Origin: Pseudomonadota bacterium
GTDB taxonomy: Bacteria > Pseudomonadota > Alphaproteobacteria > Rhodobacterales > Rhodobacteraceae
Reading direction: 5' to 3'
DNA length: 64,000 nt
Assembly (NCBI GenBank): GCA_039180525.1
Contig: JBCDDF010000003.1
Location: forward strand, 94,789 to 158,788
Positions 47,963 through 57,448 of this stretch are shown here, piece by piece; within the stretch, counting starts at the first letter, position 1; every line of letters begins with the position of its first letter. Both the position numbers and the translations under genes were made by a program. The notes under the pieces were generated by a model, which was given only the letters and a program-made list of their open reading frames with translations, did not search any database and was not told the DNA's origin.

Positions 47963-48753
47963 GCCTGTGCCTCCCGTTTCGCCAGCGCGTCGCGCAGCGC
48001 ATCGCCGGCCAGATTGATCGCCAGGACCGACGCGACGACCGCGAGCCCCGGCCAGATCATCTGAAGCGGGGTGGAGCGCATGTGGATGCGGGCATCGAGC
48101 AGCATCGCGCCCCATTCCGGTGCCGGCGGCTGAATGCCGAAGCCAAGGAAGCCCAGGGTGGAAATGCCCAGGATCGCACGGGCGAACATCCCCGTCCAAA
48201 CCACCGTCAGCGACGGCAGCAGCGCGGGCAGATAGTGCCAGCGCGCGATCGCCAGCGGCGACACCCCGGCCAGCCGGGCCTGGACGACATAGCCGCGGGT
48301 TTTCAGCGCCAGGCCGATCCCGCGCGCGACGCGGGCATATCGCATCCACCCCGTGACCGTCAGCGCAAAGATCAGGCTATTCGTGCTTGCGCCTAGAACG
48401 CCGGCGATGACCACTGCGGCGACGAGTTCGGGGAAGGCCAGAAACGTATCGGTGGCGCGCATCGCGGCCCAGTCGGTCAATCGCCCGCCAACGGCTGCCA
48501 CCAGTCCGACCAGCGTGCCGATCAAAAGTCCCATGACCGAGATAAGAAAGGCCAGGCCCAGCGACCAGCGCGCGCCGTGCAACAGTCGCGAAAGAATGTC
48601 CCGGCCCAACGCGTCGGTGCCAAGCCAGCCGGCGCCCCCGGGCGGGCTGAGCCGGTTCGGAATGTCGATGGCGGTGGGATCCTGCGGCGCCAGCAGCGGG
48701 CCGAACATGGCCAGGGACAGGAATAGGATGGTCAGAACCAGGACGCTACGCAT
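47959..48753 (-). CDS. ABC transporter permease (NikC/OppC-like)
   Basis: WLGTDALGRDILSRLLHGAR and LGFLGFGIQPPAPEWGAML motifs. Confidence 0.9.
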   Translation of the reverse strand: MRSVLVLTILFLSLAMFGPLLAPQDPTAIDIPNRLSPPGGAGWLGTDALGRDILSRLLHGARWSLGLAFLISVMGLLIGTLVGLVAAVGGRLTDWAAMRATDTFLAFPELVAAVVIAGVLGASTNSLIFALTVTGWMRYARVARGIGLALKTRGYVVQARLAGVSPLAIARWHYLPALLPSLTVVWTGMFARAILGISTLGFLGFGIQPPAPEWGAMLLDARIHMRSTPLQMIWPGLAVVASVLAINLAGDALRDALAKREAQA

Positions 48754-49684
48754 CCTGGCCCCCGATGCGCGGGTCAAGCGCGCGATAGATGATGTCGATC
48801 GCCAGGTTGACGGTCACGAACAAAAGCGCCGCCACCACGACCACCGCCTGCACCTTTGGAAAATCGCGTGCCAGGATCGCGCTGACCAGAAAACTGCCGA
48901 GGCCGGGCCGGGCAAAAATGACCTCCACCGCCACCACGCCCTCTAGCAGAAAGGCCAGTTCCAGCCCGAAGACGGTCACGACCGGGACGGCGGCATGCGG
49001 GGCGACATGGTCGCGCTCGATGGCGCGGTGGCGGACGCCGCGGCGGTGAAAGGCGGGCAGGAATGGCTGCGCGCGCGCCTCCAACATGCCGGATCGCAGG
49101 ATGCGGGTCAGCGATGCCGCCACCCCCAGGCCCAGGGTCAGCGCGGGCAGGACAATATGCGCCGCCGTGCGTGCGCCCATCGCGGGCAGCCATGCCAGTT
49201 GAACGGCGAACAGCAGGACCAAAAGCAGGCCCAGCCAATAGGCCGGGATCGCCACGCCGATGGAGGCCAGGCCGACCGCGAACCGGTCCAGCCAGCCGCC
49301 GGGCCGCATCGTGGCCAACAGCGCAAGCGGGACCGAGACCGCGATCCCGATCAGCAATGCCAGCGCGGCCAAGGGCACGGTGTAGGATATGGCGGCGACC
49401 AGTTCGGGCCAGACATCGCGGCCGGTGACCGTGGATTGGCCGAAATCGCCCGCCAGAAGCGGCCGCAGCCAGGACCAGAACGCGGCCCAGAAACCGCTGT
49501 CGAACCCCGCCTCTGCGCGGACCTGTTCCAGCACGGCGTCGGGGACGACCGCATTGAACCGCGCCAGGGCGACAGCCAGGGCCGGATCGCCCGGCGCGTG
49601 CCACAGCAGCGCGAATGTCGCCAGCGCGGTTCCCGCAAGGACGACGACCGCGCGCAACACGAGCCCCAGGATCAGCCGGATCAT
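48746..49684 (-). CDS. ABC transporter permease (NikB/OppB-like)
   Basis: PGDPA, GDFGQS, LPALTL and EVIFARPGLG..RDFP motifs. Confidence 0.9.
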   Translation of the reverse strand: MIRLILGLVLRAVVVLAGTALATFALLWHAPGDPALAVALARFNAVVPDAVLEQVRAEAGFDSGFWAAFWSWLRPLLAGDFGQSTVTGRDVWPELVAAISYTVPLAALALLIGIAVSVPLALLATMRPGGWLDRFAVGLASIGVAIPAYWLGLLLVLLFAVQLAWLPAMGARTAAHIVLPALTLGLGVAASLTRILRSGMLEARAQPFLPAFHRRGVRHRAIERDHVAPHAAVPVVTVFGLELAFLLEGVVAVEVIFARPGLGSFLVSAILARDFPKVQAVVVVAALLFVTVNLAIDIIYRALDPRIGGQDA

Positions 49685-50406
49685 GCCACGCGCTCTAACG
49701 CGCCCAGCGCGAAAGCCGCGGCGTGCAGGGTGCGGCCATAGTCGGTCTGCGGCGCCGCGATGAACGCTTTGGCCGCGCCGCTTTCCTCGATCCGCCCGGC
49801 GCGCAGCACGGCGATGTCGTCGGCATAGGCGGCCGCGTATCCCAGATCATGGGTCACGATCAGCGCAGCGAAGCCCTCCTCCGCCTGCAACTCCGCGATC
49901 AGCCTGGCCGTGTGTTTTTGCGTCACCGCATCCAGTGCCGACAGCGGTTCGTCAAAAAGAACCAGCGGCGGGGCGGCGATCAGCGCGCGCAGGATACCGA
50001 TGCGCTGAGCCTGGCCGATGGACACCGCGGACGGGCGCCGGTCCAGCAGATCCGGCGCGATCTCCAGCCCGCCGCACAGACGCTCCAGCCGGGCCCGGTC
50101 GACCGGGCGGCGTTGCGCGGTGAGCGGCTCCATCACCGAACGGCAAAGCGACATGGAAGGGTTAAAGGCGCTGCGCGGTTCCTGCATCACCAACGCGGGC
50201 CGGCTGGCACGCACCGGCGCATCGGCCCAGGAGACGCAGCCGGTCGCGCAGCGCACCAGCCCCAGTATCGCCGCGATCAGCGTCGACTTTCCCGATCCGC
50301 TTTCGCCGACGACGGCCAGCGTGCGACCGGGCGCAAGCGTCAAGGAGATGTCGCGCAATGCCACGGTCCTGCCGCGGCGCACAGAGATGCGGTCCACCTT
50401 CAGCAT
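49681..50406 (-). CDS. ABC transporter ATP-binding protein (NikE/OppF-like)
   Basis: GESGSGKST, SIGQAQR, DEPLSALD and THDL motifs. Confidence 0.9.
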   Translation of the reverse strand: MLKVDRISVRRGRTVALRDISLTLAPGRTLAVVGESGSGKSTLIAAILGLVRCATGCVSWADAPVRASRPALVMQEPRSAFNPSMSLCRSVMEPLTAQRRPVDRARLERLCGGLEIAPDLLDRRPSAVSIGQAQRIGILRALIAAPPLVLFDEPLSALDAVTQKHTARLIAELQAEEGFAALIVTHDLGYAAAYADDIAVLRAGRIEESGAAKAFIAAPQTDYGRTLHAAAFALGALERVA

Positions 50407-51086
50407 GGCAACTCCAGCCAGTTGCGATGGGCGCAAAGCGCCTGTGCCGCTTCGGTCTTGGGGGCTGACAGGAACAGTTTGACCGGTGCATCTTCCACCA
50501 TCCGGCCGGCCTCCATCACCTTCAGCCGGGACACGCGCCGGGCGACCAGCCCAAGGTCATGGGTGATCAACAACAGCGCCGTTTGACGATCGGCCAGATA
50601 GGTCTCCAGCAGATCCATCGTGCGTGCCGCGACCACCGGGTCGAGCGCGGAGGTTGGTTCGTCCATGACCAGCAGATCCGGCGTGCCCAGCAAGGCCATG
50701 GCGATGACAAAGCGTTGCTGCATGCCCCGGCTCCAGCCCCAGGGCCGCTTGCGCAGGTCGCCGGTCTCGATCCGCAGTGCCGCGAACAGCGCCCGCCGGC
50801 GCGCGGCGTCGGGTCCCAGGCCCAGCGCGCGTTCCGCTTCGCGCCAGTGGAACCGCATAGAGCGGAGCGGGTCCAACGCCTCGTCCGGGCTTTGCGGGAC
50901 ATGAGCCACGCTTTGGCCACGCTCCCGCAGGGCATCCACCAGCGCGTGACCCAGCGTCGACTTTCCGGAGCCCGATGCGCCGACCAGCCCGACCCGTTCG
51001 CCCGGATCGATATCCACGTCGGTGGGATGTAGAATGGTACGGCCCGAGCGTGTGACGCTCAGGCCGGTGACAGAGATGGCGGTCAT
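50400..51086 (-). CDS. ABC transporter ATP-binding protein (NikD/OppD-like)
   Basis: GASGSGKST, SRGMQQR, DEPTSALD and THDL motifs. Confidence 0.9.
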   Translation of the reverse strand: MTAISVTGLSVTRSGRTILHPTDVDIDPGERVGLVGASGSGKSTLGHALVDALRERGQSVAHVPQSPDEALDPLRSMRFHWREAERALGLGPDAARRRALFAALRIETGDLRKRPWGWSRGMQQRFVIAMALLGTPDLLVMDEPTSALDPVVAARTMDLLETYLADRQTALLLITHDLGLVARRVSRLKVMEAGRMVEDAPVKLFLSAPKTEAAQALCAHRNWLELPC

Positions 51087-52606
51087 TCGGAGAAGGCGGT
51101 CTCGTGCGTGATCCAGTAGGTCTCTGTCGGGTGAACGGCATAGCCGGTCAGACCAGCGCGCGCGACATTGACCTGAGACACGTGAAAAACAGGGATCATC
51201 GCCGCGTCTTCGAACACGATCTCCTGCACGCGATCGTAGATCTCCTCTCGCCCGGCCTGGTCGAAGGTCGTTCGCCCATCGGCCAGCAACTGGTCGAGTT
51301 CCGGGTTGTCGTAGCCGCCCGAATTCGACCCGCCGGTGGATTTCAAAAGCGCCTCAAGCACCGCGCCCGGGTCACCTTGCGGCGTCGTCACCCACGCCTG
51401 CAGGAACATGTCGGCATCGCCCGCCGCGACAGCGTCGTTGCTGGCGCCGTATTCACCGACACTGATGGTCGCGGAAACCCCGATCGCCTGAAGAAATGCT
51501 TGCGTGAGTTCCGCCGTCGGCGGGAGGGCCGCGCGCGACGAATAGGTCACGATGTCGATTTCAAGCGGTGCCCCGTCCAGCATCCAGCGGCCGCCTTCCT
51601 TCACCGCGCCGGCCTCTGCCAGCAGATCCTCGGCCAGGGCGGGGTCGTAGACCGGATCGATATCCGCCGCCCAGCCCATGCCTGCCGGATAGATCGTGCC
51701 GGCGGGCAGGCCGCCAACGCCCGAAAGTGTTGCATCGACAATGCCCTGGCGATCGATGGCCGCCGAAACCGCGCGGCGGATCAGCGGGTTCGCCATCGGC
51801 CCGGACCGGGCATTCACCGTATAGAAGTAAAGCCGGGCCGTAGGCGCGGAAAAGCCCATAGCACCGGTTTCCTGGATGCGGGCGAAATCGCTTTCGGGAT
51901 AGTTGATGACCATATCGACCTCGCCGGCCTCGAAAGCCAGCGCGGAGGCACCGGGATCGGGAATGCCCACAACCCGAACCTCCTCAAAGCCGGGGGCGCC
52001 CAGGCGATAGTCGGCATTCGCCTCGACCCGATAAAGCTGCTCCGGCACCGCCTCGCGGAAAATGTAGGGGCCAGTGGCATTGATCGGGAAGTCTTCCGAC
52101 GCAGGGCCCAGGACCGCGATGCCCGGCTCTGACAGGGTCCAGGGGAAAGCGGCGTTGGGGCTGTTGGTCTGGAACACCACGACCCGGTCGCCATCCACCG
52201 ACATGGACGCAAGATCCAGCAGGTTCGCGATCCGGGCATTGTGGCCGGGGTGGTTTTCGTCGGAAATCGACGCGATCGCATCCACAACCGCCTGCGCGGT
52301 CACGGCGGTGCCGTCATGGAACCGAAGCCCTTCGCGCAATGTCACCCGCCATTCGGTGGGTGCGGACTGCTCGATCCCTTCCGCCAGGCGCGGATACAGG
52401 CCCAATTCGTAGTCGATGCCCATCAGCGTTTCGGTCACGCCGGTCTGGTTCGACATCCAGCCATTGTAGCCCGCGCGCGGGTCCGGCACCTCGGCCGTCG
52501 GTCCGAAGCCGACGGAGATCGTGAAGCTGCCGTCCTGGGCCGAGAGCGGCAGCGCCGTCGACAGAGATAGAATAGCGGCAGCGGCAAGCCGCGTCACAAC
52601 AGACAT
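51083..52606 (-). CDS. ABC substrate-binding protein, family 5 (NikA/CntA/OppA-like)
   Basis: Signal peptide MSVVTRLAAAAILSLSTALPLSA; LREGLRFHDGT, TGPY and VRRAVSAAIDR-like motifs. Confidence 0.88.
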   Translation of the reverse strand: MSVVTRLAAAAILSLSTALPLSAQDGSFTISVGFGPTAEVPDPRAGYNGWMSNQTGVTETLMGIDYELGLYPRLAEGIEQSAPTEWRVTLREGLRFHDGTAVTAQAVVDAIASISDENHPGHNARIANLLDLASMSVDGDRVVVFQTNSPNAAFPWTLSEPGIAVLGPASEDFPINATGPYIFREAVPEQLYRVEANADYRLGAPGFEEVRVVGIPDPGASALAFEAGEVDMVINYPESDFARIQETGAMGFSAPTARLYFYTVNARSGPMANPLIRRAVSAAIDRQGIVDATLSGVGGLPAGTIYPAGMGWAADIDPVYDPALAEDLLAEAGAVKEGGRWMLDGAPLEIDIVTYSSRAALPPTAELTQAFLQAIGVSATISVGEYGASNDAVAAGDADMFLQAWVTTPQGDPGAVLEALLKSTGGSNSGGYDNPELDQLLADGRTTFDQAGREEIYDRVQEIVFEDAAMIPVFHVSQVNVARAGLTGYAVHPTETYWITHETAFSE

Positions 52607-52661
52607 TGAGTGTTCCTTGTGCTGGTGGGGGATCGGCTGGCGGCGCGCGTGCTTTTCCCTG

Positions 52662-52674
52662 GTGATAGTATTTG
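52662..52674. promoter_or_regulatory. possible degenerate Zur box upstream of the ABC binding protein
   Basis: GTGATAGTATTTG matches 10 of 13 positions of the core GTTATAGTATTAC found upstream of zur. Confidence 0.3.
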
Positions 52675-52763
52675 CGCCGGTCGAAGGCGGCAAGTGATGC
52701 TTGCCCTGTCGGCAGTGGCGCGCCGGGATGGCGGGTGCCGCGATCGGGTTCCGATTTCGCGGC

Positions 52764-53399
52764 CTAGGGGTCGTGCTCCGGTTCGGGATCGGGGTCCAGC
52801 ACCATCAGCAATCGCGTCTCTCCGGTGCCTTCGATGGGCGGGGACCGATGCAAGAGCCCCGAAGCCGGTGTCCGCGGGCAAAGGCTGCCGCGTATCAGCA
52901 TCGGCGCCCCGGTCGGCACGGTAAAGGCGCGGGGCGGTTCCGCGCCATCGGTGGAAATGCCGTATTGGGTGCCGAGGCCCCGATAGGTGCAGATCAGCCG
53001 CGCGGTGATTGCGTCGATATGGAACCGGCGGCAGGCGTTCGTGGTGACGATCTGAAGCCGCAAATGCAGCCACTTGGCCTGCATCAGTCCGGCAAAGATG
53101 TCGGCCAGCGCGGCGATATCGTCAACCAGCCAATCACGGTGCGCAACCTGCGGCATGCCCGCCGCGTCACAGATCCGCAACGCCGTGTCGCGCGCGGTGT
53201 CGGGGCGCAGGGTGACGCGCGCGTCGGGCAATTGCGCGGGCGGCAGCGTGTCGATCCAGGTTTGAAACCCCGGTGGGGGCTGGCGCCGCCAGATCGCAGC
53301 GGCGCATCCCGGGCGGCGAAAGACGGACAGCCCCTGCGGCGTATCCGCAACGCCGACACCTATGGCGGCATCCCGCACGACGTCCCGAACGGGTGTCAT
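52764..53399 (-). CDS. DUF1826 domain protein
   Basis: AAIWRR, CRRFHIDAITARLICTYRGLGTQY and LLHRSPP motifs; the family commonly neighbours COG0523 genes. Confidence 0.85.
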   Translation of the reverse strand: MTPVRDVVRDAAIGVGVADTPQGLSVFRRPGCAAAIWRRQPPPGFQTWIDTLPPAQLPDARVTLRPDTARDTALRICDAAGMPQVAHRDWLVDDIAALADIFAGLMQAKWLHLRLQIVTTNACRRFHIDAITARLICTYRGLGTQYGISTDGAEPPRAFTVPTGAPMLIRGSLCPRTPASGLLHRSPPIEGTGETRLLMVLDPDPEPEHDP

Positions 53400-53455
53400 G
53401 TCTGCCCGCCTGGTTCGGATATGCGAGGGAGTGCCGCCATGAAACGTCTGACTAT

Positions 53456-53923
53456 CTATGGCTGATAGGGCAGCGATGAGTGGTGCAGCACGATCCGCGC
53501 GACGACGTCCGTGTCCATCTTGTAGCCGAAGCTCTTGTCGACCTTGGTCACCTGTCCGTCCTTATCCGTCATCGTGATCCAGCCCATCCACATGCCGACA
53601 TCGCCTTCGATAAAGCTCGCGGCCGTCTCCGACGTGACCTCTCGCCAACCTTTGATCCCGAACCCGCCGTCATTGGGATACTCGGGATCATGGCCGATGA
53701 AATACGACAGCGCGCCTTTCTTGTTGGTGCGAAACGTCTGCGCGCCCCCGCTGAGCGTCGGTTTGAACAGCACCGGCCCCAGATTGTAGCCATAGGCCGC
53801 GTCCAGCACCGCATTGGCCACCTCACGGGCGCCGTCGATGCCGTTTTCCTCGAAGGCACGGGAAATCGCGATGAGCCCGTCGCCCCATGCGGCCCGCGCC
53901 GCGGCTAGATCCTGATCGTTCAT
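53456..53923 (-). CDS. putative iota-class carbonic anhydrase (COG4337-like, NTF2/SnoaL fold)
   Basis: W-G-x-G N-terminus, YGY..GPVLFKPT, GALSYFIG, DGGF and C-terminal RIVLHHSSLPY motifs; GGAGGG SD; no signal peptide. Confidence 0.75.
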   Translation of the reverse strand: MNDQDLAAARAAWGDGLIAISRAFEENGIDGAREVANAVLDAAYGYNLGPVLFKPTLSGGAQTFRTNKKGALSYFIGHDPEYPNDGGFGIKGWREVTSETAASFIEGDVGMWMGWITMTDKDGQVTKVDKSFGYKMDTDVVARIVLHHSSLPYQP

Positions 53924-53977
53924 GAACGTGTATCTCCCTCCTTTTCGCGGGGGGTTTTGCATGTTTGAACGCCGGGG

Positions 53978-55189
53978 TCACGCCGCTACCTCGGCGCGGT
54001 GCCAAACCGGGAATGGGTCGGGCAGTTCGGGCAGAGCCTCCGGTCCGGGCGCGTCGGTCTCCGGCAGCAATGCGGCGTCAAGGGCCGCCGTCAAAGCTGG
54101 CCAGTTGATCGCTGCGCCGATAAAGACGATCTCCTGCCGCCGGTCGCCCCAGGGTTCGACCCAATGCCGTGACAGATAGGCGGCTGCACGCACCTCATCC
54201 GGCCATCGCGCTTTCGGAACCGCGGCCCACCAGGTGCCCAGCGGCCTGACGCTCGACACGGCGCCGGCCAGCGAAAACTCGGCCACCCAATCGGGGCGCG
54301 TGGCGATCCAAAAGTGGCCTTTGGCGCGGATGACATTCGGCAATGCACCCTGCAGCACGGTCTTGATCTTTTCCGGAACGAAAGGCCGGCGGGCGCGATA
54401 AACGAAGCTTTGCACGCCGTATTCTTCGGTTTCGGGCACATGGTCGGCGAAGCCATAGAGTTCCTTCGCCCACATCGGGTGTTCATGCGCCTTCTCGAAG
54501 TCGAACAAGCCGGTATCCAGAATCGCATCGGTGGGAACATCGGAATGGTTGGTTTCCATGATCCGCGCATCCGCGTTCAGGCTGCGGATGATCTTGCGCG
54601 CCGCGTCGGTGCGCCGAGGCCCGGCATCCGCGACCTTGTTCAGGACAACCACATCGGCAAACTCGATCTGATCGGTCAAAAGATGCACGAGAGTGCGCTG
54701 ATCCTGATCGCCCATTGTCTCTCCGCGGTCGTGCAGGAAATCGTGGCTGGCGTAATCCTCAAGGAGGTTCACCGCATCGACCACCGTCACCATGGTGTCG
54801 AGACGCGAGACATCCGACAGGCTTTCACCGTCTTGGTCGCGAAACTCGAATGTCGCCGCGACCGGAAGCGGTTCGGATATGCCGGTCGACTCGATCAGCA
54901 GATAGTCAAAGCGCCCTTCGCCCGCCAGGCGGCGCACCTCTGCCAGCAGATCGTCGCGCAAGGTGCAGCAGATGCATCCATTCGACATTTCGACCAGCGT
55001 TTCGTCGGTCCGCGACAGTTGGGTGTCAGCGCGCACCAGGTCGGCGTCGATGTTCACCTCTGACATATCGTTGACGATGACCGCAACGCGCCGCCCCTCT
55101 CGATTGTTCAACACCCGATTGAGCAGCGTCGTCTTCCCCGCGCCCAGAAATCCGGAAAGCACCGTGACGGGAAGGCGGCGGTCTGACAT
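53978..55189 (-). CDS. zigA: COG0523 zinc metallochaperone GTPase (ZigA/YciC/CobW family)
   Basis: [20 protein letters not shown] and LNKV motifs; CobW_C domain ending [11 protein letters not shown]. Confidence 0.9.
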   Translation of the reverse strand: MSDRRLPVTVLSGFLGAGKTTLLNRVLNNREGRRVAVIVNDMSEVNIDADLVRADTQLSRTDETLVEMSNGCICCTLRDDLLAEVRRLAGEGRFDYLLIESTGISEPLPVAATFEFRDQDGESLSDVSRLDTMVTVVDAVNLLEDYASHDFLHDRGETMGDQDQRTLVHLLTDQIEFADVVVLNKVADAGPRRTDAARKIIRSLNADARIMETNHSDVPTDAILDTGLFDFEKAHEHPMWAKELYGFADHVPETEEYGVQSFVYRARRPFVPEKIKTVLQGALPNVIRAKGHFWIATRPDWVAEFSLAGAVSSVRPLGTWWAAVPKARWPDEVRAAAYLSRHWVEPWGDRRQEIVFIGAAINWPALTAALDAALLPETDAPGPEALPELPDPFPVWHRAEVAA

Positions 55190-55219
55190 GACTGGCTCCT
55201 CAGCTGGCGTCGAGATCAG

Positions 55220-55262
55220 GTAACTTATCCAGTTACTAGATCAATGCAACAGTGAATGTTAC
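55220..55262. promoter_or_regulatory. tandem palindromic operators, probably bound by the adjacent Rrf2 regulator
   Basis: GTAAC-ttatcca-GTTAC (55220-55236) and GCAAC-agtgaat-GTTAC (55246-55262) in the divergent zigA/rrf2 spacer. Confidence 0.6.
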
Positions 55263-55293
55263 GTATAGCCCCGGTTTCGGAGAAAACCTGACG

Positions 55294-55716
55294 ATGAAAC
55301 GCAATTCACGCCTGTCGCTCGCGCTTCATACGCTGGGCCATATGGCGGCTGACCCGGGCCGGACGCAGACCTCTGCCGATATCGCCGATCATGCCGGCAC
55401 TAACCCGGTCGTGGTGCGCCGTGTCCTGGGGAAGCTGCGCAAGGCCGGGTTGTTGACCTCGGAAAAAGGCCATGCGGGCGGTTGGCGTCTGGCCCGCCCG
55501 CCGGATCGGATTAGCCTGGCGGATGTCTATGTCGCGTTGGAGGAAAGCTTGATCGCGACGGAGGACGACGCAGAAGCGCCGGCTTGTTCGGTCGAGCGGG
55601 CGCTGCAAAAAAAGGTGGTCGTGGTCCTGGAAGAGGTCGAACGCAGCCTGATCGATCGCTTGGCCGGCACGACAATTGCCGATGTGCGGGAAACCGGCGC
55701 CGCGCCGCAAACCTGA
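55294..55716 (+). CDS. Rrf2 family transcriptional regulator (single Cys, no Fe-S triad)
   Basis: SRLSLALHTL, TNPVVVRRVLGKLRKAGLLTSEKGHAGGWRLAR and ISLADVY motifs; one Cys (PACSVE). Confidence 0.9.
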   Translation: MKRNSRLSLALHTLGHMAADPGRTQTSADIADHAGTNPVVVRRVLGKLRKAGLLTSEKGHAGGWRLARPPDRISLADVYVALEESLIATEDDAEAPACSVERALQKKVVVVLEEVERSLIDRLAGTTIADVRETGAAPQT

Positions 55717-55773
55717 CATACGCCGTTGGTTAGGCCGCGGATCGATCGGGCGGGCAGGCGGATGGCGCGCCGA

Positions 55774-55823
55774 AAGCCCGGCAGCCTTACCGCGGTGTTT
55801 TCCCGCTTAAGCGGGCCGGGCTT
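55774..55823. terminator. hairpin between convergent rrf2 and alkaline phosphatase genes
   Basis: aagcccggc...gccgggctt stem with an inner cccgcttaagcggg palindrome. Confidence 0.35.
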
Positions 55824-55888
55824 CCCAAGCCGTTCCGGATTGCCTTATCCGGCCCACAGAAGGCGGTGAGCGGTTGGGAACGCCTCTG

Positions 55889-57448
55889 CTACTGGGTGGG
55901 CATCGAAACGGCCGTGGGCGCAAACACCGCCTGCATCACGGCAAAGACAGCGGTGTTGTCCACGAAGTCACCGCCCCAACCATAGGGCTCCCCCCAAAGT
56001 TCCGCGGCCCGCAGATCGCTGCGGGAGAACGCGGCGAAGGCGCCGGCACCAGCTCCCAGGGCCCAAAGCGGCACAAGCTCGTTGGTGTGATTGCGCGACG
56101 ACCACATATGCCCGGGAAGATTGCCGGCACCGCGGTTCTGCACGGCGAAGTAGCCGTTGAAGGTGTCCTCGGCCGGATCGAAGCGGGCCGCCGAACGGAT
56201 GCCGCCACCGCGACCGGCCTCGCCCGCGCCATTGGTCCAGGTGCCTTCGCCCCAGATGCCGCCGGATTCGTGGTCCGAGGTGACGATCAGCAAAGTCTCC
56301 TCCCAACTGGAGTGCGTCTCCACCCAGTCGATGACGACATCGACGGCCAGGTTGAAATCGACCTGTTCCTCGATGAAGCGGGGCATGTTGTTGGCGTGGC
56401 CCATCCAGTCCACCGCGCCGCCTTCGATCATCAGAAACATACCGTCTTCGTCTTGGGACAACACATTGAGCGCGCCGAGGCTCATGGTCGCAAGGCTGGG
56501 AACGATGGGGTTTTTGGCCATGCCGGACGGCGTGCCGGCCGCCGGCAGACCTTTGCGGCTTGCTTGCAAGGTTCTGCCTGCGCGCGCGATGCCCACGACT
56601 CGTTCGGGGACGTTCTGGCCGGCTGCAAGTGCCTCGAAGTTCGCTTTGGCGTCGATGAAGGTAAATCCGTTCAGACCGCCGTCGCGGGTCATCGCCGCAT
56701 AGGTCGCGGGCCCGCCGACATACCGATAGGCGTCTTCGTCGTCGGGATCGATCCGGTTGCCGCTGTTGTCGTAAAGCGGATGACCGGCGCCCATGATCAC
56801 GTTGAGACCGGAGCCCACCATCTCGTTGAAGATTTCGACGTAGTTCTTGCGCGACAGGTTGTGCGCGATGGTGGCAGCCGGGGTCGCGTGTGACACCATC
56901 ACCGATGCGACCGATCCCGCCGCGCGACCCTGGTCCATGGCGATCTGGGCGATGGTCCGCAAGCTCTCGGTTCCTTTCCAGTTGATGTTCACGCGACCGT
57001 TCGAGGTCTTGCGCCCCGTCATTAGCGCCGTCCCGGCGGCGGCGCTGTCGGTGTAGGAGGTGTAACGCTTCGCCACCGGATCGAAATCGTTGAGGATCGT
57101 ATTTTCAAAGCGATCCCAGCGGGTTGCCGGATCGTACCCCTGTGCGACGGCTGCCACGGCAAGCGCCGCCTCGGACCCGCTTGGCGGCAGGTCGCCAGCC
57201 GCATCGTAAAGGTTCAGCGCATGGTGGTCGAGGCCGAAGATCACCGGCGCGGTCCCATCGGGACGGGTAACTTGATAGGATTGCCGCCCGGCAAGTCCTT
57301 GATAGTAATCCGCGGCCAGCCAGCCATCGAAACCGATGCCGTCGGAGATCATCAGAATAACGTTCTTGGCACGAAGGTCTTCGGCGTAAGCCGGCAGTGC
57401 AAGAAGCGCGATGAGCGCGATTGCGATCAGCGGTCTGAAGGGGGTCAC
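55889..57448 (-). CDS. alkaline phosphatase, PhoA family
   Basis: KNVILMISDG, TDSAAAGTAL (catalytic Ser), HATPAA, EGGAVDWMGH, TSDHE and HT metal ligands; Sec signal peptide. Confidence 0.9.
   Translation of the reverse strand: MTPFRPLIAIALIALLALPAYAEDLRAKNVILMISDGIGFDGWLAADYYQGLAGRQSYQVTRPDGTAPVIFGLDHHALNLYDAAGDLPPSGSEAALAVAAVAQGYDPATRWDRFENTILNDFDPVAKRYTSYTDSAAAGTALMTGRKTSNGRVNINWKGTESLRTIAQIAMDQGRAAGSVASVMVSHATPAATIAHNLSRKNYVEIFNEMVGSGLNVIMGAGHPLYDNSGNRIDPDDEDAYRYVGGPATYAAMTRDGGLNGFTFIDAKANFEALAAGQNVPERVVGIARAGRTLQASRKGLPAAGTPSGMAKNPIVPSLATMSLGALNVLSQDEDGMFLMIEGGAVDWMGHANNMPRFIEEQVDFNLAVDVVIDWVETHSSWEETLLIVTSDHESGGIWGEGTWTNGAGEAGRGGGIRSAARFDPAEDTFNGYFAVQNRGAGNLPGHMWSSRNHTNELVPLWALGAGAGAFAAFSRSDLRAAELWGEPYGWGGDFVDNTAVFAVMQAVFAPTAVSMPTQ

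Noticed and set aside
47963-48349. N-terminal extension of the DMT ORF (440 aa in the track); likewise extensions on rsmD, the cyclodeaminase, phhB and imuB
   Set aside because: The extensions overlap upstream genes in another frame; downstream starts with stop/start overlaps fit the family lengths better
53456-53923. Annotation as phosphoribosyl-AMP cyclohydrolase (HisI)
   Set aside because: The protein has no cysteines and so lacks the HisI Zn-binding Cys motif; the HHSS/FKPT motifs fit COG4337 iota-CA instead
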